From the IMG/VR virus record IMGVR_UViG_3300017818_000007, positions 32,001 to 96,000 of that record: a DNA stretch of 64,000 nt; one strand, given 5' to 3'. Of this stretch, positions 9,348-19,477 are shown one piece after another. How positions within the stretch are numbered: the first letter of the stretch is position 1; every line of letters begins with the position of its first letter. A model generated the notes under the pieces. The model saw only the letters and a program-made list of their open reading frames with translations. It was not told the DNA's origin and made no database searches. Both the position numbers and the translations under genes were made by a program. Source of the DNA: a virus.

Positions 9348-10484
9348 CTATTTTACAGATTCTGTACTTGCAGTAGACGAACTGTTATTTGTACCTGCGT
9401 TATTATTTAATTGTCCGGGTTGAGTTCCTGAAGGATTACCGGCTTCTGCTTTAGTACGTTTTGCTTGATCAAACTTGTCAGCACCTTTTTGATCTAAAGT
9501 TTGTCTTGCAGTATTAGTTAAACTTTGTTCAGTAATAGCAGTGACTTCTCTTTTGATGCCTTCTTTAGTTAAATTTTTAGCATTGTCAATAGTATTTTTT
9601 GCTTTAATAGCAGTACCAATAAAAGCAAAAGGATCAGCGAATGCAGAACCATCTGAGATACTACCAAAAACATCTAAGCCGCCAGCAAGTACTCCATTAG
9701 CACCAAACAGTCCTCCACTACCTCCGCCCATTACACTTAATGGACTTGGTGTTCTATCATAATGCAGTGTTGCAAATCCTGTAGGATTATCTGTTGTAAT
9801 TCTACCTGTTGCATATTTTACACCTTCATAGATCACAGTCATTTGATTTTCTGCAGGCTGTGAACTTCCAGCACTCATGCTTGGTGGATCCCAACTTTGT
9901 ATCATTGGATTAATTAATGTAAATTCAAAAAATCTATGTCTACTTAATTGATAAATGCTTACACCTTCGTTTTGGAAAAAGTTTACATTTCTATCACTGT
10001 TTAAACCAAACTTAACATATTGTTCTGAATTTTGATAAGGTGTTTGCTTATAAAGTTCCTGCCAATATAAACTGTCGTTGTAGTTTGCTTTAAAATACTG
10101 TTGCCAAAATGCACTTGTTAATCCGTCATTATCATCATGAAAGTTAATTGTGACTGGTGCATATGTGACTGCTGTTTGATAATTTGTTTTTTTACCGTAT
10201 TGATTTTTTGTATCTGTTTGTACCTGTATTCCCGGAAGTTTTACATCTTTAACTAGCATACCACATTCAATTTGTGGACTTGCTTTATTAAAAATACCGT
10301 CAGGTGATCTTAGTGCCGCATTTTGTATATTAAATGTGACATGATATAAAAATTGTACTTTTGGTGCAAGACGCATATAGTCGTCAGTGAACAAACGAGC
10401 CGCGTGTTGATAATCACGCATATCGCCTTCACTACCAAAAATACCTCCGAAAACATTTCCTAAAAATTTTGTTAACTTGGCCAT
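9348..10484 (-). CDS. Tail-tube-family protein (gp19/gp54-like tube initiator)
   Basis: VKDVKLPG, YAPVTINFHDD and FTLINPMI..W...YE pattern parallels the adjacent tube protein. Confidence 0.65.
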   Translation of the reverse strand: MAKLTKFLGNVFGGIFGSEGDMRDYQHAARLFTDDYMRLAPKVQFLYHVTFNIQNAALRSPDGIFNKASPQIECGMLVKDVKLPGIQVQTDTKNQYGKKTNYQTAVTYAPVTINFHDDNDGLTSAFWQQYFKANYNDSLYWQELYKQTPYQNSEQYVKFGLNSDRNVNFFQNEGVSIYQLSRHRFFEFTLINPMIQSWDPPSMSAGSSQPAENQMTVIYEGVKYATGRITTDNPTGFATLHYDRTPSPLSVMGGGSGGLFGANGVLAGGLDVFGSISDGSAFADPFAFIGTAIKAKNTIDNAKNLTKEGIKREVTAITEQSLTNTARQTLDQKGADKFDQAKRTKAEAGNPSGTQPGQLNNNAGTNNSSSTASTESVK

Positions 10485-10500
10485 ACTATTATTTAGTCGT

Positions 10501-10535
10501 AAAAAAAGGCCGGCGATTTTTACGTCACCGACCTT
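10501..10535 (-). terminator. Rho-independent terminator after the tail tube gene
   Basis: Minus strand AAGGTCGGTGA-loop-TCGCCGGCCTT followed by a T run. Confidence 0.85.
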
Positions 10536-10553
10536 AAATTTTAATTATAGTTA

Positions 10554-11180
10554 TTAACCAGTTGCTAAAGTTCTAATTGTTCTGCCAATTGCGCCGCCTA
10601 AGCCGCTTGGTTGACCAGCACCATTAGTTTGGATAGCATTATCATACTGAATCTGTAGTTGAATATCAACTGGATTTGAATCACTGTATGCTAATTGGTT
10701 GTAGTTAATGTCTTGTACAAAGCAACCTACTAACTCGAAGGTTTCTAATACGCTAGGAGCATTCGCGCCATTACCACCATCAAGTATTTCGATTCTACCT
10801 TTAAATTTGTAATCAACACCACTTGCCGCACTTGACTGTTCGAAGAAGTCGAACTGCTTCTGTAGTTGCTCACCACACAGTTTGTTAACTGAGTTGTTCA
10901 CATCGTCACGTAGTGTAATTGTAATTGGTTGCCATGTATGTTTACCTGCGTAAAACACTTTTGAGTTGTATACGTCAATTGCAACAGACTCAAAGTTTAC
11001 GTTAGGTCTTGTGACATCAATTACCTGCTTTGTTAATTCTACTGTTGGACTTCCAGCACCAAAGTTTTCAAGTGATACTCTAAAGCGATACTTTAGTTTT
11101 GGCATCAACAAGCCTTGTGTACTTGCTGATTGGTCACTTGCTAATGGAACTGTAAATCTACTTAAACTTGAAATTGCCAT
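10554..11180 (-). CDS. Tail tube protein (gp19-like)
   Basis: YRFRV, YAGKHTWQPITITLRDD, L.GCF and IQYDNA; directly after the sheath gene. Confidence 0.9.
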   Translation of the reverse strand: MAISSLSRFTVPLASDQSASTQGLLMPKLKYRFRVSLENFGAGSPTVELTKQVIDVTRPNVNFESVAIDVYNSKVFYAGKHTWQPITITLRDDVNNSVNKLCGEQLQKQFDFFEQSSAASGVDYKFKGRIEILDGGNGANAPSVLETFELVGCFVQDINYNQLAYSDSNPVDIQLQIQYDNAIQTNGAGQPSGLGGAIGRTIRTLATG

Positions 11181-11214
11181 TATCTTGCTCCTTTTACAGT
11201 TTTATTTATCTTCA

Positions 11215-14200
11215 TTATTGAGCCCCCAAAGTTGCAATTTCACCTGTGTTCTTAAGTCTTAGTGGAATGTAAATAAACTCCACAGCCTTAACTGGTTCAA
11301 TCGCTACATCTAAGTATAACTCGTTTCTATCAATTCTTGATGGAGTGTTGTTTGTTTCATCACAAACAACTAAGAAGTCATACAGTGCTCTTTGACCTAC
11401 TAGTTCAAGTAATAAACTTTCAGCCGCTTGTTTGATCTCATCACGTGTAATTTTATCGTTTGGTTCAAACAAGAACGGTTTAGCAAGTAGATTTAATTGA
11501 CGTCTTAAATATGCAGTTAAACGTGCTACGTTAATTCTATCTAACGCACTTGCATTTCTCGCTCTAGTCACCTGACCAAAGTTAACAATACCACTTCCTG
11601 TGATAAACGTAATTGGATTCATTTTAGCACTTTGCATTGTATCTCTAACACCGTCGTTTAGTGATACTGGAGTAAACTCGCTTTCGCTGTTAATGTATCC
11701 AACACTTGATGCATTGCTAATACCACCGCGTCTTGTTCCTGCTGGTGCAAACCATGGGAACGATACCTGATCGCTAAGTGCAATAGTACGTAGCATCATG
11801 TGACTTGGTGGAACAACAATGTTGTTTCCATTTAGGTCTGTTGTGAATCCTGATGGATAAAATGTTGCCATATATTCATCGAATGTTAAGAACCCGTCTT
11901 CACCGTCTGCTAGTGCGTTTGCTGAGTTATTACCCCATGCTTGTAATTCTGTTGCACTTGCTTTCAATCTAAACGGAGTATCTGCTACTACAAAGCCTGT
12001 GATACCTCTGTCAATGTTTAGTGATACTAGATTGCTTGTTAACTCTGGATAACCAGGAGCCGATAGCAATGTGTATGCTCTAGTTTCTTCATCTCTAATA
12101 TCGTCATTAGTATCAACAATAGACTTCATTGCCGCGACCACTGTCTTACGTTGTGCTTTTCTACCAAATAAGCCTGAACCATCTTCAGCAGTTGTGTTCC
12201 AGCCTACCCATCTATTAACTTTATAAGATGCCATTGACTCTTCAGATCCACCATTAAATGTTGAACCTGTACCTTCAAATCTCTTATTCTTACCAGAGTT
12301 TTCATTGATGTCAATGTGTGTAGTTCTAAAGATTTTAACGTTATTTCCAGAACGTCTTGTGTTCCATAGCAACATACCTCTTGGGTAAAGTGCTGGGTCT
12401 GGAGCATCAGGATCTAAGTAATCTGAAGTTAACATATCTGTAATGTCTGCTTTAGTATCACCTGTTGCACCTGTTTTACCAAAACGTGCATCTGCAAATA
12501 AAATACCATCTTCTGATGTTTGATCAGTTGTGTCAACTGCCACCCATTCTAGATTTAAGCCATCGTACTTGTAAATTTTCTGACCATATGTTTCAGTATC
12601 GCCTGTGTCAATCCAAAGATCACCGTTTACTAATGAAGTACCATCACTTTGTTGTGTTGGCTCAGTAGCACTAATGATTGGACCTTCAGGATCTGATTCA
12701 CTGTAAACATTAATGTAGCCTCTCCAAGTTGTTCCATTGTGTACCATAATGTCAACTTCATCTAAGTTTGTGTTGTACCATAATGTACCATCTTCTGGAT
12801 CACTTGTTGGAGCACCAGCACTTGCTTCATATGATAATGGTTTCCAGTTAGAAATTACAAAATCATCTGAACTTTCAGAGCCAGCGTCGTAAACATTATC
12901 TAGTGAAGAACTAACACCAATCTGTGCAAGTGGTGTACCGCTACCATCTTTTAGTCTAATTTCTCCGCCTAGTGTATGTGAAATTTTAGCCTTACCATCT
13001 GCTGTCACAGTAGCAGTCACGTTAGTTAAACCTGCTGAACTAATTGCTTCAACAAATGAATCAATATCTGTTCCTGTGAAACTTACACCTGAACTTGTAA
13101 ATGTGTCCGAGTTTGCAGTTGTTTCGCTAATTGTAAATGTTTTAGTACCTGCACCAATAGTTGGATTAGCAGTTCCTGTTGTTGCACTTGTAGGACTAGG
13201 AACTAGTCTTCTGTACAATTTAAAGTCTGCTAAAGGTTTAGTATCTTCTGTTGTGTTCGCTAAAACAAAAACTGTTCCTGTTGGAATATTTTGACCACCT
13301 TCTGAATCAAGTGCTTTAATTGCTTCTGCTCTTGTGTTATAGATTGGTGCTTCAACAGTTGAGAACAAACCAGTTCCTGAACTGTATAATTTAACTTTCC
13401 AACTTGCACCTACGTTAGGCTCAGTTGTTTTAATGTAAAGTGAACCTGTAGGTCTTAAACCACTGTATGAAGAACCTGCAATTTCAACTCTGTCAGTTGC
13501 TCTCCATAATGGAACTGAACTGTGTGCTGAAATTTGTACTTCAGGTGAGTGATAATAACCAGCATCAATACCTAAGTCAGTTAAAATTGTGCCTGACCCC
13601 TCTTCAATTAAAATTGCACCGTCAGTTGTTGTACCGTCTGTGCTTGAAGTTCCGTCTGAGTAGATTTTAACTCTATCATTAGAATCAAGTTTAGCACCAA
13701 CACCTGGAATACTAGCATCATTAATTGCTTGTACAAATGTTGCTGGTGTTGCACCTGCATTGTTAACTTGTGTATTGTTAATAATAACGTTTGTGCTACC
13801 TAATGCACTTGGTGTTAGTGTAGCAGTAATTGTTGGCCAACTTGTTTTCCAAGTTGTTGAAGTCCAAGTTGTTGCAGTATCAAAACCAACAGCATCAAAT
13901 GCTGATTCATCGTATGTTCCTGCTTGTACCCAAACATTGTCCTCATTTTTGTACCAAATTTTATTTTCTGTGTTCCATACAACAACAGCATAATCACCAA
14001 TAGCACCTACGCTACCTTTAATGCCTGTGTATGTTGCTCCGCTTACACCTGTTAGATCTGATGAAGAACTAATAACAGTTGGTGTTTTGTTAGCAAAAGT
14101 TTGTGTTGAACCATTCCACTGGAAAAGTCCGTATAATGTATCGTCTGTGTCAAACCAGTATGTACCGTCTGCTGGTGCACCTGCAGGAGCATCTGTATCT

Positions 14201-14562
14201 CCTTCTAGTTGACCTAGGTCTACATCCGCTCTTACTACATACGCTCTGTTAGCCACTCCAAGATATGAATAAGCCGCTTGTAAACCATACTCGTTTAATT
14301 CATTTCCGTGTAGTGGGTTATTAGATGAGTCTGTGTAGAAAGTCGGATTACCAAAAGTTTCTGTCAACTCTCTTTGACTTGTAATTAGGTATACTTTGTT
14401 CTTGTTGGCCGCAGTAGTGCCTGCCGCAGTTCCTGTTCCTGTGCCAGATGGTTTGCTTTCAGCAGTTGCGACAACAATTAAAGGTGTTGTTGCACCGGCG
14501 GCAGGGGTATAGAAACTTTCGTCAATTACACTTACTTCAACGCCTGGTGATGATAGTGCCAT
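11215..14562 (-). CDS. Tail sheath protein (gp18-like) with a large central insertion
   Basis: MALSSPGVEVSVIDES start; C-terminal PWFAPAGTRRG, SALDRINVARL, FLFEPND, VVCDETNN and PVKAVEFIYIP. Confidence 0.95.
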   Translation of the reverse strand: MALSSPGVEVSVIDESFYTPAAGATTPLIVVATAESKPSGTGTGTAAGTTAANKNKVYLITSQRELTETFGNPTFYTDSSNNPLHGNELNEYGLQAAYSYLGVANRAYVVRADVDLGQLEGDTDAPAGAPADGTYWFDTDDTLYGLFQWNGSTQTFANKTPTVISSSSDLTGVSGATYTGIKGSVGAIGDYAVVVWNTENKIWYKNEDNVWVQAGTYDESAFDAVGFDTATTWTSTTWKTSWPTITATLTPSALGSTNVIINNTQVNNAGATPATFVQAINDASIPGVGAKLDSNDRVKIYSDGTSSTDGTTTDGAILIEEGSGTILTDLGIDAGYYHSPEVQISAHSSVPLWRATDRVEIAGSSYSGLRPTGSLYIKTTEPNVGASWKVKLYSSGTGLFSTVEAPIYNTRAEAIKALDSEGGQNIPTGTVFVLANTTEDTKPLADFKLYRRLVPSPTSATTGTANPTIGAGTKTFTISETTANSDTFTSSGVSFTGTDIDSFVEAISSAGLTNVTATVTADGKAKISHTLGGEIRLKDGSGTPLAQIGVSSSLDNVYDAGSESSDDFVISNWKPLSYEASAGAPTSDPEDGTLWYNTNLDEVDIMVHNGTTWRGYINVYSESDPEGPIISATEPTQQSDGTSLVNGDLWIDTGDTETYGQKIYKYDGLNLEWVAVDTTDQTSEDGILFADARFGKTGATGDTKADITDMLTSDYLDPDAPDPALYPRGMLLWNTRRSGNNVKIFRTTHIDINENSGKNKRFEGTGSTFNGGSEESMASYKVNRWVGWNTTAEDGSGLFGRKAQRKTVVAAMKSIVDTNDDIRDEETRAYTLLSAPGYPELTSNLVSLNIDRGITGFVVADTPFRLKASATELQAWGNNSANALADGEDGFLTFDEYMATFYPSGFTTDLNGNNIVVPPSHMMLRTIALSDQVSFPWFAPAGTRRGGISNASSVGYINSESEFTPVSLNDGVRDTMQSAKMNPITFITGSGIVNFGQVTRARNASALDRINVARLTAYLRRQLNLLAKPFLFEPNDKITRDEIKQAAESLLLELVGQRALYDFLVVCDETNNTPSRIDRNELYLDVAIEPVKAVEFIYIPLRLKNTGEIATLGAQ

Positions 14563-14679
14563 GTTCTATTCTCCTTGTATGGTTTAATTCTATATCTAAA
14601 TGTATTTATGTATTTGTAGGAAAAAGTACGCTAATAATCACTATCAAAAGGGGTAAAAAAGGGCGTGTTAAATACAGTT

Positions 14680-15018
14680 ATGAGTAGACCTTTATGTAAA
14701 CAATGCCGGAAACGTCCTGTTGCTATTAACTACTACAAGGGCAAAAAAGCATACTATAGAAGCAAGTGTGACCACTGTGCTAGTGGTAGGGCATCAGGTA
14801 TACCACTTTGGAAACAAGCAGGGTATGAACAAAAAGAAAAATGTGATAAGTGCGGGTTTACTAGTAAGCACAAAGAACAGTTTAACGTGTATCATATAGA
14901 TGGAAACTTATCCAACTGTAGACACAGTAATTTAAAAACTATATGTGCTAATTGTCAAAGATTATTGCAAATGCAGGGTGCTATTTGGAAACAGGGAGAC
15001 CTAACACCTGATTTCTAA
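14680..15018 (+). CDS. Zn-finger / HNH-like protein
   Basis: Four CxxC pairs and VYHIDGNLSN...NLKTICANCQR. Start placed at 14680 (TAAATA-N5-ATG). Confidence 0.7.
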   Translation: MSRPLCKQCRKRPVAINYYKGKKAYYRSKCDHCASGRASGIPLWKQAGYEQKEKCDKCGFTSKHKEQFNVYHIDGNLSNCRHSNLKTICANCQRLLQMQGAIWKQGDLTPDF

Positions 15019-15643
15019 CTTTGTTATGTAGGTCTTCAAGATCACCGTCGTTTTCAATAACATCGTCAACTTTTTCGCCTACCCAAGCATATTCGCTAAT
15101 ATGTACATCTGGGTGATGTTCTCGCATCTTGTCAACCCATACCATATTTTTAGTAGTTTCTGACATCTTGTTTGCTTCGTTTTGCTTTAATGCATCTTCA
15201 AACCATTCAGGATCAGACCCACGTTTAACACGGAATACTTTACCACGCAAACGTTTGATCATTTTAATTTCGTTGGGAAAACGTACATCGCTAATAACAG
15301 CATCTTGCTTCATTTGTAATAGTTTGCTTTCTAAACTAGCAATCCATATGTCGTCATGAAATCCTTTACGTAGAACATCTGTACCCCAGTATTGTAATAC
15401 CCAACGCGGAGTAAGTTTAGGCATATCTAGTTTTTCTGCCCACCATTCATCTACTTCTTCACGCCAAGCACGTGACTCTTCTGTATTACCTTCTAGTGCT
15501 TCGCGATCCCAGCCAAATACTGCTGAAACAGCATCTTTAAGAGTAGTAGCAAAACTAACACGTTTAAACCCCCCGTCGCTGACTAGTGTATCAGCACAGG
15601 TATCTTTTCCAGACCCAATCAGGCCTACGAAACCAATAATCAT
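14981..15643 (-). CDS. Deoxynucleoside monophosphate kinase (T4 gp1-like)
   Basis: GLIGSGKDT P-loop, FATTLKDAV, TPRWVLQYWGTD and ISDVRFPNE. Confidence 0.9.
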   Translation of the reverse strand: MIIGFVGLIGSGKDTCADTLVSDGGFKRVSFATTLKDAVSAVFGWDREALEGNTEESRAWREEVDEWWAEKLDMPKLTPRWVLQYWGTDVLRKGFHDDIWIASLESKLLQMKQDAVISDVRFPNEIKMIKRLRGKVFRVKRGSDPEWFEDALKQNEANKMSETTKNMVWVDKMREHHPDVHISEYAWVGEKVDDVIENDGDLEDLHNKVRNQVLGLPVSK

Positions 15644-15673
15644 AGTAAGTTTATGTATCCCATGTAAAAGTTT

Positions 15674-15702
15674 ATTATATGCTGTTAGAATGAAAAAGTC
15701 AA
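15674..15702 (-). promoter_or_regulatory. Sigma70-type promoter for the dNMP kinase gene
   Basis: Minus strand TTGACT (15702-15697), 17-nt spacer, TATAAT (15679-15674). Confidence 0.8.
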
Positions 15703-15708
15703 GTACTT

Positions 15709-16470
15709 TTAGCCAATTATGAACGATAATGGTGTAGAACCATCAACATAATTTGCCAAATCTTGCTCTAATTTTTCAATATCACCTTGTGCATCTGCTT
15801 TAAGGGCATCACCATTTAAACTAGTGCCGCCTTGAGGAGTTGCGATTGTTGCAAATTTACCACGTGCTTCACCAATCATATATTTGCAAGTTGCTAGAGT
15901 ATAATCTTTTAACCATTGTCCTGCATAGGGATCACCTAGTAGAACAAAATCTGGTCTTTTATTATACACTGCTAACATCACAGACTCAGCACCCCGTGGT
16001 CTTTGCATAATTGTTAGTTTGTGGTTTACAGGATCAAATTTAAAGTTAATGAATGAGCCAAACATTTTACCTACAAGTTCTTGATAACCAGCAAAAGCAA
16101 AGTATGTTGCTAGTCCTCCCATTTGTGTTGAACTTAATAGATAGGTATTTGTGTATGCAAGGTTAAATGGTTCAAATACAGTACCACCTTGTCCGCCACC
16201 GCTTCTTGATCCAATACTTCTGCGGAATACTTCTTTTACACTTTGAATCTCATCAGGTAAAATATAGTCATTTGTATCTTCCTGAAGTTCTAAAAATGCG
16301 TATGATTCTTCTACAGAATTCTCTGCTCTTTGTCTATATTTGCCTAATGCTTTTTCTAATGCAACTTCATAGTGATCAACGTCAAGTTCAACATCAATCA
16401 TGCCATCACCTAGCATTTTGCCAACATAGTTAAAAAGTTTTGCTTTTGCGGTATCTAATTGTGTGCTCAT
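15709..16470 (-). CDS. Neck protein (gp13-like)
   Basis: LGDGMIDVELD, YVLPDE-like segment, WLKDYTLATCK..IGEAR.KF and LNGDAL. Confidence 0.85.
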   Translation of the reverse strand: MSTQLDTAKAKLFNYVGKMLGDGMIDVELDVDHYEVALEKALGKYRQRAENSVEESYAFLELQEDTNDYILPDEIQSVKEVFRRSIGSRSGGGQGGTVFEPFNLAYTNTYLLSSTQMGGLATYFAFAGYQELVGKMFGSFINFKFDPVNHKLTIMQRPRGAESVMLAVYNKRPDFVLLGDPYAGQWLKDYTLATCKYMIGEARGKFATIATPQGGTSLNGDALKADAQGDIEKLEQDLANYVDGSTPLSFIIG

Positions 16471-16475
16471 GTAAT

Positions 16476-16504
16476 TATTTATTCGATCGCACTTCCAATA
16501 AATA
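16476..16504. promoter_or_regulatory. Back-to-back late promoter boxes
   Basis: TAAATA on the minus strand (16481-16476) and on the plus strand (16499-16504), 17 nt apart. Confidence 0.7.
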
Positions 16505-16512
16505 CATTTGTT

Positions 16513-17628
16513 ATGCCAAGATTGAGTTTATACAAACCAGAGAAATCCGCTGACTATCGCTTTATAGATAAGAACATATATGAAGCATTTCAGATCGGCG
16601 GTACAGACATATTTGTACACAAATACGAAGGCCCTGTTGAGCCAGGCGTAGGTACACCTGCAGAACCAAAAGGTGTTAGTGATATACCTGAAACAAAAAT
16701 ACAAGATTTGCTATTTTTAGAAAATAGAGATAGAAAATATTCCGACGATGTATATACACTTCGTGGAATTTACAATGTGCAAGATTTAGACTTTGATTTA
16801 TCACAGTTTGGTTTATTTTTACAAAACGATACTGTGTTTATTACATTTCACTTAAACAAGAGTGTTGAAGCAATTGGTAGAAAACTAATGAGTGGCGATG
16901 TTTTAGAATTGCCTCACTTAGTAGATGATTACGCATTAAACGATTTTCAAGTATCACTAAAACGCTTTTATGTTATTGAAGATATAAGTCGTCCAAGTGA
17001 AGGATTTTCACAAACTTGGTATCCACATTTATTACGTGCAAAATGTAAACCTATTATGGATAGTCAAGAATTTAAAGATATTTTTGACAAAGAATCAGGT
17101 GAAGAAGGTAAGACATTACGTGATGTGCTTTCAACATACGAAAAAGAAATGCAAATCAACGAACAAGTTATTGCACAAGCAGAAGCAGACGCACCAAAAA
17201 CAGGATACGATACAGAAGAATTTTTTGTTGTTCCAACTGATGATGCAGGTGATGTAAATATTAAAGATGACGGAGTAAACACTCCTACACTACAAACACC
17301 GGGCGGAAATTATTATATTGCATATGGTGGCGGCGATGGTTTACCTGCTAATGGTTCACCATATACATTTGGTACTTCATATCCAAATAGTCCTGCTAAA
17401 GGTGCATACCATTTAAGAACAGATTACTATCCTAATAGACTGTTTAGATATGATGGCAATCATTGGATTAAAGTTGAAGATGGAGCAAGAATGAGCCTTA
17501 CAAATACAGTTCAAAACAGTTATGTCACTGACTTTGTTAATGAAGATGCAACTAGAACTGAAGATGGACAAACAAAAAATGTACGTACTGCATTAAGTGA
17601 AGCACTTAAACCGGAGGCAGATAATTAA
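16513..17628 (+). CDS. Neck / head-closure protein (gp14-like)
   Basis: Start MPRLSLYK at 16513; LSQFGLFL, GDVLELPHL, FYVIED and WYPHLLRAKC; divergent from gp13. Confidence 0.7.
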   Translation: MPRLSLYKPEKSADYRFIDKNIYEAFQIGGTDIFVHKYEGPVEPGVGTPAEPKGVSDIPETKIQDLLFLENRDRKYSDDVYTLRGIYNVQDLDFDLSQFGLFLQNDTVFITFHLNKSVEAIGRKLMSGDVLELPHLVDDYALNDFQVSLKRFYVIEDISRPSEGFSQTWYPHLLRAKCKPIMDSQEFKDIFDKESGEEGKTLRDVLSTYEKEMQINEQVIAQAEADAPKTGYDTEEFFVVPTDDAGDVNIKDDGVNTPTLQTPGGNYYIAYGGGDGLPANGSPYTFGTSYPNSPAKGAYHLRTDYYPNRLFRYDGNHWIKVEDGARMSLTNTVQNSYVTDFVNEDATRTEDGQTKNVRTALSEALKPEADN

Positions 17629-19049
17629 TGGATCATTTTTATGACGGACAAATAAGAAGATTTGTCACACAGTTTATTCGTGCTTTTTCAAATTTTTCTT
17701 ATAAAGACAATGCTGGTACATTGCGTAAAGTTCCTGCTACATACGGAAACTTAACACGTCAAGTAGCACACATTATTCGTGACAATAGTGAAAACAAAGT
17801 TATTAGTGCACCTCGTATTGCTTGTTATATCACAGGATTAGAGTATGCACGTGAGCGTGTACAAAGTCCGACACACGTTGATAAATTACATTTTAGAAAA
17901 CGTGATTATAACGAAGCAACACAGCAATACGAAGATGTTCAAGGGGTTGGTAATACTGTTGAACGTTTGATGCCTGTACCATTTACACTAAGAATGAAGG
18001 CAGATATTTGGTCAACTAATACAGATCAAAAATTACAAATTATGGAACAAATACTTGTTCTATATAACCCTGCACTAGAAATACAAACAACAAACAACTA
18101 TGTTGATTGGACTTCACTTAGTTTAATTGAACTAGCAAGTGTAAACTATTCAACTAGAAGTATTCCGCAAGGAACTGAAACAGAAATTGATATAGGTGAA
18201 ATGGAATTTACAATGCCTATATGGATTACACCTCCTGCTAAAGTTAAAAAACTTGGAGTCATTGAAAAAATTATTATGAATATTTTTGATGAGTCAGGAA
18301 GTATTAGTGACGGCTTTATTGATGCAACTATTCCAATGGCAACAGTTGTTAAATCTCCAGGCGATTTTAAATTACTTGTATTAAACAATACTGCTAAACT
18401 ACTGCATACCGGAGAAGGTGTTTCAGAATCAAATACAGGTATCTTTACTAGAACAGGCGATCCTATTAGTTGGTTTAAACTATTAGATCAATATCCAGGG
18501 AAATTCACTGCCGGTACTAGTAGTATTAGATTACTAAAGAGCGATGGTAATGAAGTTGTTGCTACAATTAGTTTAAACCCTACAGATGACAACGAAATGG
18601 TTCTTTCAATTGATAGTGATACTGTTCCAGAAAACACAGTATTAGCAGACAGTGTTAATAGTAGAGGAACAATAGATGCTATTATTGATCCTACAAAATA
18701 TGCCCCAGACTACTCTACAATAAGTGCTGGAACAAGATATCTAATACTAAATCCAATTAATCCAAATGTAAAAGGTGATAGTTCTGACGCAAATGCAAAT
18801 GCCTGGCAAAATGCTGATGGTTCTGTATTTAAAGCAGAAGAAAATGACATTATAGTTTGGACTGGAACACAATGGGAAATTGTGTTAGACGCAAGTGGCA
18901 CAAATAGCGGAGCCGATTCTGCTTCCTCACCAGACCCAGTGTATATAACTAATACATATACTGGTATTCAGTACAAGTTAGATAATGGTGCTTGGCTGAA
19001 GAGTTTTGAAGGTGAATATGAGGCAGATGAATGGAGACTAGTTCTGTAA
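17628..19049 (+). CDS. Tail sheath terminator/stabiliser (gp15-like) with C-terminal extension
   Basis: HFYDGQIRR, VPATYG, APRI, PVPFTL and QIMEQILVLYNP. Confidence 0.85.
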   Translation: MDHFYDGQIRRFVTQFIRAFSNFSYKDNAGTLRKVPATYGNLTRQVAHIIRDNSENKVISAPRIACYITGLEYARERVQSPTHVDKLHFRKRDYNEATQQYEDVQGVGNTVERLMPVPFTLRMKADIWSTNTDQKLQIMEQILVLYNPALEIQTTNNYVDWTSLSLIELASVNYSTRSIPQGTETEIDIGEMEFTMPIWITPPAKVKKLGVIEKIIMNIFDESGSISDGFIDATIPMATVVKSPGDFKLLVLNNTAKLLHTGEGVSESNTGIFTRTGDPISWFKLLDQYPGKFTAGTSSIRLLKSDGNEVVATISLNPTDDNEMVLSIDSDTVPENTVLADSVNSRGTIDAIIDPTKYAPDYSTISAGTRYLILNPINPNVKGDSSDANANAWQNADGSVFKAEENDIIVWTGTQWEIVLDASGTNSGADSASSPDPVYITNTYTGIQYKLDNGAWLKSFEGEYEADEWRLVL

Positions 19050-19477
19050 AAGATATAATTTGTAGTGGTGCATTGTTTTATGCAAAGGACACCAGTCGCT
19101 TTTTATTCCTACAAAGAACAAAACATAAAACAGCAGGCCAATGGGGTCTTGTTGGTGGCATGAGTGAAGAAGGCGAAACGCCTTGGAAAGCACTTGAAAG
19201 AGAAATCTTAGAGGAAGTTGGCAAAACTCCAAAATTTGAAAAAATTATTCCTTTAGAATTATATACTTCAAAAGACGAAAAGTTCTTTTTTCACACTTAT
19301 ATTGTTGTAGTAGAAAAAGAGTTTATTCCTACATTAAACAACGAGCATTCAGGATATGCATGGACATATGCTAAAGATTATCCAAAACCTTTACACGTTG
19401 GCTTACGTAATACACTTCAAAGCAAAGTAAATCAAACAAAAATTGAAACAATAGTTGAAGTAGTTAAAAGTTTATGA
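19031..19477 (+). CDS. NUDIX hydrolase
   Basis: Nudix box GGMSEEGETPWKALEREILEEVG; LNNEHSGYAW. Confidence 0.9.
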   Translation: METSSVKDIICSGALFYAKDTSRFLFLQRTKHKTAGQWGLVGGMSEEGETPWKALEREILEEVGKTPKFEKIIPLELYTSKDEKFFFHTYIVVVEKEFIPTLNNEHSGYAWTYAKDYPKPLHVGLRNTLQSKVNQTKIETIVEVVKSL

